Positions 9,276-16,320 of a DNA stretch of 64,000 nucleotides are shown here, piece by piece; the stretch's first letter is position 1, and every line of letters starts with the position of its first letter. The notes below the pieces were generated by a model that saw only the letters and a list, made by a program, of their open reading frames with translations, was not told the DNA's origin and ran no database searches. The position numbers and the translations under genes are program-made. The stretch lies in assembly GCF_964235535.1 (NCBI RefSeq), contig NZ_CAXSBH010000009.1, positions 5,087 to 69,086 on the forward strand, read 5' to 3'. The stretch comes from an uncultured Sphingomonas sp. GTDB taxonomy: Bacteria; Pseudomonadota; Alphaproteobacteria; Sphingomonadales; Sphingomonadaceae.

Positions 9276-9754
9276 GCGGCGACGCAGCCGCCAAGGGCCG
9301 GCGTATCCTGGTCGATGCCGACGCCTGCCCCGTCAAGGACGAGGTCTACCGCGTCGCGCTCCGCCACGGCGTTCCCGTCACGATCGTCAGCAACTCGCCG
9401 ATCCGCGTCCCCGATCACCCGCTGATCGGGCGGATGGTGGTCGGCGAAGCGTTCGACGCCGCCGACGACTGGATCGCCGAGCGCGCGGGCCCCGGCGCGG
9501 TGGTGGTCACCGGCGACATCCTCCTGGCCGACCGCGCGCTGAAGGCGGGCGCGGCCGCGCTGTCGCCGACGGGCAAGCCGTTCACCATCAGCTCGATCGG
9601 CGGCGCGATCGCCACCCGCGCGATCATGGCCGACCTGCGCGCCGGCGGCGACGTCGTGGGCGGCCCGGCGCCGTTCGGGAAGGCCGACCGGTCCCGCTTT
9701 CTGCAGGCACTGGACGAGATGCTGGTGCGGTTGGGGCGGGCAGATACCGCGTAA
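9272..9754 (+). CDS. yaiI: YaiI/YqxD-family protein (UPF0178, DUF188); start codon unresolved
   Basis: ILVDADACPVKDEVYRVA...TGDILLADRAL...GGPAPFGKADRSRF aligns along its whole length with E. coli YaiI. No ATG, GTG or TTG lies in frame between the upstream stop (9104-9106) and the conserved N-terminus. The start listed here is a CTG that overlaps the helicase stop. Confidence 0.7.
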   Translation: MSGDAAAKGRRILVDADACPVKDEVYRVALRHGVPVTIVSNSPIRVPDHPLIGRMVVGEAFDAADDWIAERAGPGAVVVTGDILLADRALKAGAAALSPTGKPFTISSIGGAIATRAIMADLRAGGDVVGGPAPFGKADRSRFLQALDEMLVRLGRADTA

Positions 9755-9813
9755 GGTGACCGACGCGGCGGCCTTCCACGAACCTCCATTTGCGGATGAC
9801 GGCGACCATCCGC

Positions 9814-10095
9814 CTACCCGAACACCTCGCTGTGTGAGCCCAATCGGGCAAGTCTGAGCGTAAGGCCGTCAGACTTGGCGTAGATCAGCACGAGGTCGGG
9901 CTCGACATGGCAATCACGATAGGTCGCCCAATCGCCGCTCAAGCCGTGATCTTGGTACTTCGTGTCGAGCGGCGCGTCGGATGCGAGCGCGACCAGCAGG
10001 GTCATCAGCTCCGCATCGAGCGTCGCCTGATGCCGTCCCTTCAGCTCCCGCCTGTAATCGCGCTTGAACCTCGTCGACCGTTCAATCGTCCGCAC
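9814..10095 (-). CDS. yafQ: Type II toxin YafQ (RelE/ParE-superfamily mRNA interferase)
   Basis: DHGLSGDWATYRDCHVEPDLVLIY...RLGSHSEVFG closely parallels E. coli YafQ (DHPLQGSWKGYRDAHVEPDWILIY...RTGTHAALFG). Confidence 0.85.
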   Translation of the reverse strand: MRTIERSTRFKRDYRRELKGRHQATLDAELMTLLVALASDAPLDTKYQDHGLSGDWATYRDCHVEPDLVLIYAKSDGLTLRLARLGSHSEVFG

Positions 10096-10345
10096 GGAGG
10101 TTCGCCATCAGCGCCCTCACGTCGTCGAAGCGGGCTCCCTCACCGACCTCCAACTCGCCGATTGCCTCGCGCGTGGCGGCGTTGGGACTACGGACATCGA
10201 AAGGCAGCGTCTTCTCTCGCGCCGTACGGATGAGCATCAGCCGTACCGCGTCAGACACGGTGAGCCCCATCTCCTTGAGCACGGCGGCCGCCTCGTCCTT
10301 CACCGCCCCGTCGATCCGGGTCTGCACTAGCGAGTTCGTCGCCAT
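10082..10345 (-). CDS. dinJ: Type II antitoxin DinJ (RelB/DinJ family)
   Basis: MATNSLVQTRIDGAVKDEAAAVLKEMGLTVSDAVRLMLIRTAREKTLPFD parallels E. coli DinJ. It overlaps yafQ by 14 nt. Confidence 0.85.
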   Translation of the reverse strand: MATNSLVQTRIDGAVKDEAAAVLKEMGLTVSDAVRLMLIRTAREKTLPFDVRSPNAATREAIGELEVGEGARFDDVRALMANLRADD

Positions 10346-10590
10346 GATGTCGCTCTCCCATCTGTATGACGATGTAATGCGGAATGAGGCATAGAGCAAT
10401 CTGCTCCTGATCTACCTCTGCGGGTTAGTTCCGATACCGCGATAGCCACTCGCGCGATCATGACTCCGTTGGTGGCTCCGGACTTTGGGCGCGGACGAGT
10501 CTGTTGGCTTAACCGAGGAAAAGCCGCTTGTCCTTTTCCGCCTTTTTCAGGCAAACGGGCGTCAGCATGGACGATGTGGAGGTCGGTGCA

Positions 10591-11547
10591 ATGTTAAGTC
10601 GTCGGACGCTCTTTCTACTTTTTGGTGCTATCCTGGCGATGACATCCTCGGCCGGCCGAGCGGACGCCCAAAAGCAAATATTGGCGAAACCGACCATGCC
10701 GACCCGTTTTACGGTCACGGAGGAGGGTACCGCAGGCAAACCTGACATCGTGCTGCTTCCGGGTCTAACCAGTAGTAGAAGGGTATGGGCTGCCGAGGCG
10801 GCGAGGCTCGCGCCGAGTTACCAACTACACTTGGTGCAAATCAACGGCTTTGCGGGTCAGCCCGCAGGCGTGAACGCTACGAGCGAAAAGCTGTTGTCGG
10901 CAATCGTCGAAGAACTGCATGGCTATATAGCATCGCGTAAGATCCGTCCGGTCGTAATTGGCCATTCGCTCGGCGGCCTACTGACGCTGATGCTAGCGAG
11001 AAGATATCCAGGCGACCTATCTAAAATGGTGATCGTCGACGCGCTGCCGTTCTACGGTCTGATGTTCGGGCCGCAAGCGACGGTCGAGAGCGTCAGGCCA
11101 ACGGCCACGGCCATGCGTAACGGCGCGATGGCGCAGACTTCGGCACAGCGGGCGGTCAGTGCGAAACAGACCGCGGATTTCCTGGTCCTGAACGCCAAAG
11201 GTCGCGAATTAGTGGCGGCGGATAGCTTTTCCAGTGATCCCGGCGTGTTTGCACGTATGATGTATGAAGATCTGCAAACCGATCTTCGTCCCGAACTAGC
11301 CACTATTAAAATGTCTGCGTTGGCCCTGTACGCTTTCGACCCGACGCTGACTTTTCCGAACGGGGTCAAACCGACACGAGAGATGGCGGACTCGATAACC
11401 TCGGCTGCGTATGAGACCATGCCGAATGCCGAGCTGGTACGAGTGGATTATTCTCGCCACTTCATCATGTTTGATCAGCCGGGGCGACTTCATAATCTCA
11501 TACGAGAATTCGTCAGCAGGCCCAATGGCGGTGGACCCGTACCTTAA
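10591..11547 (+). CDS. Secreted alpha/beta-fold hydrolase
   Basis: It has a signal peptide (MLSRRTLFLLFGAILAMTSSAGRADA), the nucleophile elbow GHSLGG and an HG-like LLPGL region. GC is visibly lower than in the flanks. Confidence 0.75.
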   Translation: MLSRRTLFLLFGAILAMTSSAGRADAQKQILAKPTMPTRFTVTEEGTAGKPDIVLLPGLTSSRRVWAAEAARLAPSYQLHLVQINGFAGQPAGVNATSEKLLSAIVEELHGYIASRKIRPVVIGHSLGGLLTLMLARRYPGDLSKMVIVDALPFYGLMFGPQATVESVRPTATAMRNGAMAQTSAQRAVSAKQTADFLVLNAKGRELVAADSFSSDPGVFARMMYEDLQTDLRPELATIKMSALALYAFDPTLTFPNGVKPTREMADSITSAAYETMPNAELVRVDYSRHFIMFDQPGRLHNLIREFVSRPNGGGPVP

Positions 11548-11567
11548 AACCAACATCCTATCCTCGT

Positions 11568-11596
11568 CCGACGACGCTACAAAGCCGCGTCGTCGG
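11568..11596. terminator. Perfect 10-bp hairpin between convergent genes (candidate bidirectional terminator)
   Basis: CCGACGACGC-TACAAAGCC-GCGTCGTCGG lies between the stops at 11547 (+) and 11610 (-). Confidence 0.5.
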
Positions 11597-11609
11597 GCTT
11601 GGGCGAGCT

Positions 11610-14009
11610 CTACGCCACCTGCAGCGCCAAGCGTCCCGCGCCCTTGTTCAGCAGCTTCGCCTCCAGCTTGCGGTGCGTCGCCAGCGCCTGACCGACCACC
11701 TGGTCCATGTTGTAATAGCGGTATGTCGCGAGCCGCCCCACGAACGTCACGTCGCCTTCGGCCACCGCCAGCGCCTCGTACCGCTTGAAGAGCGCCTGGT
11801 TCTCGTCGCGCGGGATGGGGTAATAGGGATCGCCCTCCGCCGACGGGATCTCGTAGGTGATGCTCGTTTTGGGATGTACCTGGCCCGTCAGGTACTTGTA
11901 CTCGGTGATGCGGGTGTGGGGTGTCGACTCGGCGGGGTAGTTCACCACCGCGACGGGCTGGAACACCTCGACATCGTGCGTCTCATGGACGAACCGGAGC
12001 GAGCGGTAGGGAAGCTTGCCGTAGCGGTGTCCGAAATACTCATCGATCGGCCCGGTGAAGACGAGGTGGTCGTGCGCGTACGCCTCGCGCACGTCCTCGT
12101 AATCGACGCCGAGCAGCACGTCGATGTTCGGGTGGTCAAGCATCCGCTCGAACATCCGGGTGTAGCCCTCCAGCGGCATCGCCTGGAACTGGTCGGTGAA
12201 ATACCGGTCGTCCGTGTCGGTGCGCGTTGGCACGCGGCTCGTGACCGACTTGTCGAGCTCGGAGGGATCCATGCCCCACTGCTTGCGGGTATAGCCCTGG
12301 AAAAACGTCTCATAGAGCTCGCGCCCGACCTTCGAGACCACGACGTCGGCGCTCGTCCTGATCACCGCGACGGGCTCGGCGCGGCTCTCCAGATAGGCCT
12401 CGGCTTCGGCATCGGTCTTGAGGTCGAGATCGTAAAGCACGTTCAGCGTCGTGCGGTTGATCGGCATCGGCACCAGCTTGCCGTCGATGTCGGCCAGTAC
12501 GCGGTGCTCGTACGGTCGCCACTGAGTGAAGTTCGAGAGGTATCCGAACACGTCGGCCGAATTGGTGTGGAAGATGTGCGGGCCGTACTGATGGATCAGC
12601 ACGCCCGCCGCGTCGAGATGGTCGAAGGCGTTGCCCGCTATGTGCGGCCGCCGGTCGACGACGAGTACGCGCAAGTCGGATTGGGTGGCCAGCCGCTCGG
12701 CCATCACCGATCCCGCGAAGCCGGCGCCGACGATCAGCACGTCGTACTGATTCCCGCGGTCGGGCCAGCCGGTCGGACTGACCACCGTCTCCAGCTTGCC
12801 GTGCGCGGCGACCGCGCTGCCGATCAGCTTGGACATGTCGGCGAAGGTCCGGTCCCACGACCCGGTCGCGAGCTGCGCGTCGGCGCGGGCGAGCCAGCGG
12901 CCGTCGGCACCCGTCGCCATCGCGAGCGCCGCCTCGCACGCCCGCACGAAGGTCTCCGGCGTGTCGGCGAGGTGAACCGCGTCGAGTTCGCCGTAATGAC
13001 GCACCACGTCGGTCACCGGCGTGGATACGACCGGACGACCGGCGGCCAGATATTCAGGAGTTTTGGTCGGGCTGATGAACCGGGTCGCGTCGTTGATCGC
13101 GAACGGCATCAGCGCGACGTCCCAGCCGCTCATATAGGCGGGCAGGTCGGCGTAATCGCGCCCGCCAAGATAATGGATGTTGGCGCGGCGCGGCAGTTCG
13201 GACTCGGCGATCTTGATCACCGGGCCGATCACGACGAGCGACCATTCGGGATGCGCGTCCGCCACCGCGGCCAGCGCGTCGAGGTCGAACCGCTCGTCGA
13301 CCACTCCCGCCCAGCCGAGTTTGGGTCCGGGAATCGAGGCCTGATCGGCGGGTTCGGCCACCGTCGACCGTGCACGGGCGAAATGGGCGACGTCGACGCT
13401 CGATGGAAACGCATGGACGCTCGAATGCCGGTCGCGCTTGGCCTCGTACAGGCTGGTGCCGCCGGTGAAGACCAGATCGGCGACGCTGATCAGCCGCTGC
13501 TCCAGCTCCAGCGTCTCAGCCGACGCGCCCTTGAAATTGGCGAGCTCGTCCATGCAGTCGTACACGGTGCAGGCGGCGTCCAGATGCTCGGAGATCGGCA
13601 GCATCATCGGCGTATAGTACCAGCGCACCAACGCTCCCTCCGCCGGATTGGCGGCGAGCCATCCGTCCAACAGGTCGCGCAGCTGCTCGTGTTCCCACCG
13701 GCCGGGCGCGGCGAGTTCGGGGGTCAGCACGATCACGCCGGTCGCGGCGTCCACCGTCTCGCTCACGCGCGGTTCGGACAGGCCTGCCAGGTAGATCGGC
13801 TCCTCCCAGAACAGCACGCGGTGCGTCCGGGCGAAGCGGCTCATCAGATGTTGCGGCCGCTGGAACACGAAATTCCAGCGTAGATGCGACAGGCAGAGCA
13901 GGGTCGGGCTTCCGGTGGGCACCCGCGCATCGACGAGGTGCGGCTTGGAGCCTGGCTGACCCTGGTTTTTCTCTGCGTGTTTTTGCACGTGGTGTGGAAC
14001 CTTGCTCAT
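11610..14009 (-). CDS. glf: Fusion protein: N-terminal glycosyltransferase-like domain + C-terminal UDP-galactopyranose mutase
   Basis: The C-terminal ~370 aa has the FAD fold YDVLIVGAGFAGSVMAERLA plus HQYGPHIFHTN, FQGYTRKQWG and FVGRLATYRYYNMDQVV, typical of Glf. The N-terminal ~430 aa (HLRWNFVFQRPQHLMSRFA...) resembles GT-B glycosyltransferases often annotated next to glf. The start could be 14009 or 14036. Confidence 0.8.
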   Translation of the reverse strand: MSKVPHHVQKHAEKNQGQPGSKPHLVDARVPTGSPTLLCLSHLRWNFVFQRPQHLMSRFARTHRVLFWEEPIYLAGLSEPRVSETVDAATGVIVLTPELAAPGRWEHEQLRDLLDGWLAANPAEGALVRWYYTPMMLPISEHLDAACTVYDCMDELANFKGASAETLELEQRLISVADLVFTGGTSLYEAKRDRHSSVHAFPSSVDVAHFARARSTVAEPADQASIPGPKLGWAGVVDERFDLDALAAVADAHPEWSLVVIGPVIKIAESELPRRANIHYLGGRDYADLPAYMSGWDVALMPFAINDATRFISPTKTPEYLAAGRPVVSTPVTDVVRHYGELDAVHLADTPETFVRACEAALAMATGADGRWLARADAQLATGSWDRTFADMSKLIGSAVAAHGKLETVVSPTGWPDRGNQYDVLIVGAGFAGSVMAERLATQSDLRVLVVDRRPHIAGNAFDHLDAAGVLIHQYGPHIFHTNSADVFGYLSNFTQWRPYEHRVLADIDGKLVPMPINRTTLNVLYDLDLKTDAEAEAYLESRAEPVAVIRTSADVVVSKVGRELYETFFQGYTRKQWGMDPSELDKSVTSRVPTRTDTDDRYFTDQFQAMPLEGYTRMFERMLDHPNIDVLLGVDYEDVREAYAHDHLVFTGPIDEYFGHRYGKLPYRSLRFVHETHDVEVFQPVAVVNYPAESTPHTRITEYKYLTGQVHPKTSITYEIPSAEGDPYYPIPRDENQALFKRYEALAVAEGDVTFVGRLATYRYYNMDQVVGQALATHRKLEAKLLNKGAGRLALQVA

Positions 14010-14168
14010 GGATGAACAGCTTGAACCATCAACCACGGCTCCTGTTCCCCAGACGCTCCCTTAAGCGGTTGAAACACAACATGGATCAGGTCGCATAGCC
14101 ATCCCAAGGGTAAGCGGATGATCGATATCAACCGCGGCGTGACGAGGTGTATGATGACGATCAGCGAC

Positions 14169-16202
14169 ATGCGGCCGACGAGCGAGTTGGAAATGTGGGG
14201 CGGGGCCGAATGCACCGTCGCGCGCGTGGGCGACCGCTGGAGCGATCAGTCGCACCTGTCGGGCCATCACGACCGCGACAACGACCTCCGCCTGTTCGCC
14301 GATCTCGGCTTCCAGGCGATGCGATATCCCGTGTTGTGGGAGCGCGTCGCGCCAGACCGGCTGGAGGAGTGCGACTGGAGCTGGACCGACCGCAGGCTCG
14401 GCTCCTTGCGCGATCTGGGCGTCCGGCCGATCGCGGGGCTTCTCCATCACGGCAGCGGGCCGGACCGCACCAGCCTGCTCGACCCCGACTTTCCCGCCAA
14501 GCTCGGCGAATATGCGGGGCGGGTAGCGCGGCGCTATCCGTGGATCGCCGACTATACCCCCGTCAACGAGCCGCTCACCACCGCCCGGTTTTCCGCGCTA
14601 TACGGTCATTGGTACCCGCACCACCGTGATGAGGGATCGTTCTGGACCGCGCTCGTCAACCAGGTCGACGGGGTCGCCCACGCGATGCGCGCGGTCCGGG
14701 AAGTGACGCCGGGCGCGCGGCTGATCCAGACCGACGACCTCGGCCGCACCTACGCCACCGCGCCGCTGTTCCACCAGGCGGCGTTCGACAATACGCGCCG
14801 CTGGGCCGGGTGGGACCTGCTGTTCGGGCGTATCGTGCCGGGTCACCCCTTGTGGGATCGTCTCGCGAGCTTCGGCCTGGCCGGGCGGATGGAGGCGCTC
14901 GCGGCCGCGCCCTGCCCGCCCGACATCATCGGCGTGAACCATTACCTCACCAGCGATCGCTTCCTCGACCACCGGTTCCAGCGTTACCCGGCGCAGACGC
15001 ATGGCGCGAACTACGACGGCCGCTACGCCGATGTGGAGGCCGTCCGCGTGCTCGAACCCGCGCCGGGGGGGCTGGCCGGCGCGTTGCGCGAGGCGTGGGA
15101 GCGCTACCGCACCCCGCTTGCGATCACGGAGGTGCATCTGGGCTGTACGCGCGAGGAGCAGCTGCGGTGGGTCGGCGATGCGTGGGACACCGCGCGCGCG
15201 CTCCGTGCCGAGGGAGTCGACCTACGCGCCGTCACCGCCTGGGCGGTGCTGGGCAGCTGCGGCTGGAACACGCTGCTGACCGCGGATGGCTTGTACGAGC
15301 CCGGGCTGTTCGACGTGGGCGGAGTCGGGGGCGGCGAGCAGCCCCGGCCGACCGCGCTCGCGCACGTCTGGCGCGGACTGCCCGGCGACGCGGAGCGCCA
15401 CCCGGTCGCGCGCACGCCGGGTTGGTGGCGGCGACCTGCGCGGCTGGTCCACCCACCCGTGCGCCGCCCCGCGCGGTTCGAGCGCGGCGCACCCACTCTG
15501 CCCACCTCCGCCGCCGCCCCGCCGCTCCTCATCCACGGCGGCGCGACCGCGCTCGGCCGGACGATCGCGCAACACTGCGACGCGCGCGACATCGCCTATG
15601 TCCTCGCCGAGCGCGGCCGGCCCGGTGAGGACGACGCCGCCGCGACGTTCGACCGGCTTGCCCCCTGGGCGGTGATCGACGCCGGCGATCGGGCCGACGG
15701 GAGCGCCGCGCTCGCCCGCGCCGCCGGCGAACGCGGAGTGCCGCTGCTTCGGTTCGGGGGCGACCCGCTCCCGCCGACCGGCCCGCGGCTCCTCATCCGT
15801 GCGGACGCGGTATTCGGCCCGGAGGACGATGACGGCCTCGCGCTCGACGCGGCGCGCACGCTTGCGGCGGGGCGGCGTTTCCGGCCGGTCGACGGCCACC
15901 TGTTCGCCCCGGCTTTCCGCGTCGGGCTGGTCGAGGCCGCGCTCGACCTGCTGATCGACGGGGCGGACGGTGAGTGGCGGGCGACGCACGGCGCGCCGCT
16001 GACCCCAGCCGAGTTCGCGCGCCGCGTCGCGTGCGCCTGCGACCTCGATCCGTCGCTCGTGGACGACGCCCCGGCAACGGCGACGGCACCCGCCGCCGTC
16101 ATCGCCCGAGAAGTTCGGTTGGGCGATCTCGACGAGGCGCTCGGCCAGTTCGCCCTGGGCTGGGCACGGCGGGCGGAGGCCCGACGCACGCGGGCTGCCT
16201 GA
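14169..16202 (+). CDS. Fusion protein: clan GH-A (family-1-like) glycoside hydrolase domain + degenerate RmlD-like Rossmann domain
   Basis: The N-terminal segments WGGAECTVARVGDRWSDQ, RYPVLWERVAP, VNEP (candidate acid/base Glu) and AITEVH (candidate nucleophile Glu) fit a TIM-barrel retaining hydrolase. The C-terminal LLIHGGATALGRTIAQ...PWAVIDAG aligns loosely to dTDP-4-dehydrorhamnose reductase, but I see no YxxxK. There is no signal peptide. The start could be anywhere from 14118 to 14169. Confidence 0.65.
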   Translation: MRPTSELEMWGGAECTVARVGDRWSDQSHLSGHHDRDNDLRLFADLGFQAMRYPVLWERVAPDRLEECDWSWTDRRLGSLRDLGVRPIAGLLHHGSGPDRTSLLDPDFPAKLGEYAGRVARRYPWIADYTPVNEPLTTARFSALYGHWYPHHRDEGSFWTALVNQVDGVAHAMRAVREVTPGARLIQTDDLGRTYATAPLFHQAAFDNTRRWAGWDLLFGRIVPGHPLWDRLASFGLAGRMEALAAAPCPPDIIGVNHYLTSDRFLDHRFQRYPAQTHGANYDGRYADVEAVRVLEPAPGGLAGALREAWERYRTPLAITEVHLGCTREEQLRWVGDAWDTARALRAEGVDLRAVTAWAVLGSCGWNTLLTADGLYEPGLFDVGGVGGGEQPRPTALAHVWRGLPGDAERHPVARTPGWWRRPARLVHPPVRRPARFERGAPTLPTSAAAPPLLIHGGATALGRTIAQHCDARDIAYVLAERGRPGEDDAAATFDRLAPWAVIDAGDRADGSAALARAAGERGVPLLRFGGDPLPPTGPRLLIRADAVFGPEDDDGLALDAARTLAAGRRFRPVDGHLFAPAFRVGLVEAALDLLIDGADGEWRATHGAPLTPAEFARRVACACDLDPSLVDDAPATATAPAAVIAREVRLGDLDEALGQFALGWARRAEARRTRAA

Positions 16203-16320
16203 CCCGTCCGATGGACGCGGTTCACCTGTTCTTAACCGGGCCTCTTCGCTCCCGGGTCATGATTGGAGCCCTACCTGCCCCCAATCCCGCCGCGCTTGGC
16301 GGGCGAGACAGGGGACCCCC

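Noticed and set aside
9790-11600. Search for a defence or mobile-element system in the low-GC islets: restriction, Abi, retron, CBASS or toxin-ATPase type genes, integrases and transposases. The same search covered 53400-58100.
   Set aside because: Apart from the well-known dinJ-yafQ pair, the islet genes are hydrolases, membrane proteins and a response regulator. I see no nuclease, helicase/ATPase, reverse transcriptase, cyclase, integrase or transposase signatures.
11673-13883. Very long antisense or alternative-frame ORFs. Examples are 11673..13883 (736 aa), 24374..26860 (828 aa), 40408..41967, 41943..43622, 60646..62517, 27004..28488, 51482..52537 and 46337..47095.
   Set aside because: They overlap genes with strong family signatures on the other strand or frame. 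Their translations are Arg/Pro/Gly/Ala-rich low-complexity strings typical of stop-codon-poor high-GC DNA, and none shows a recognisable domain.
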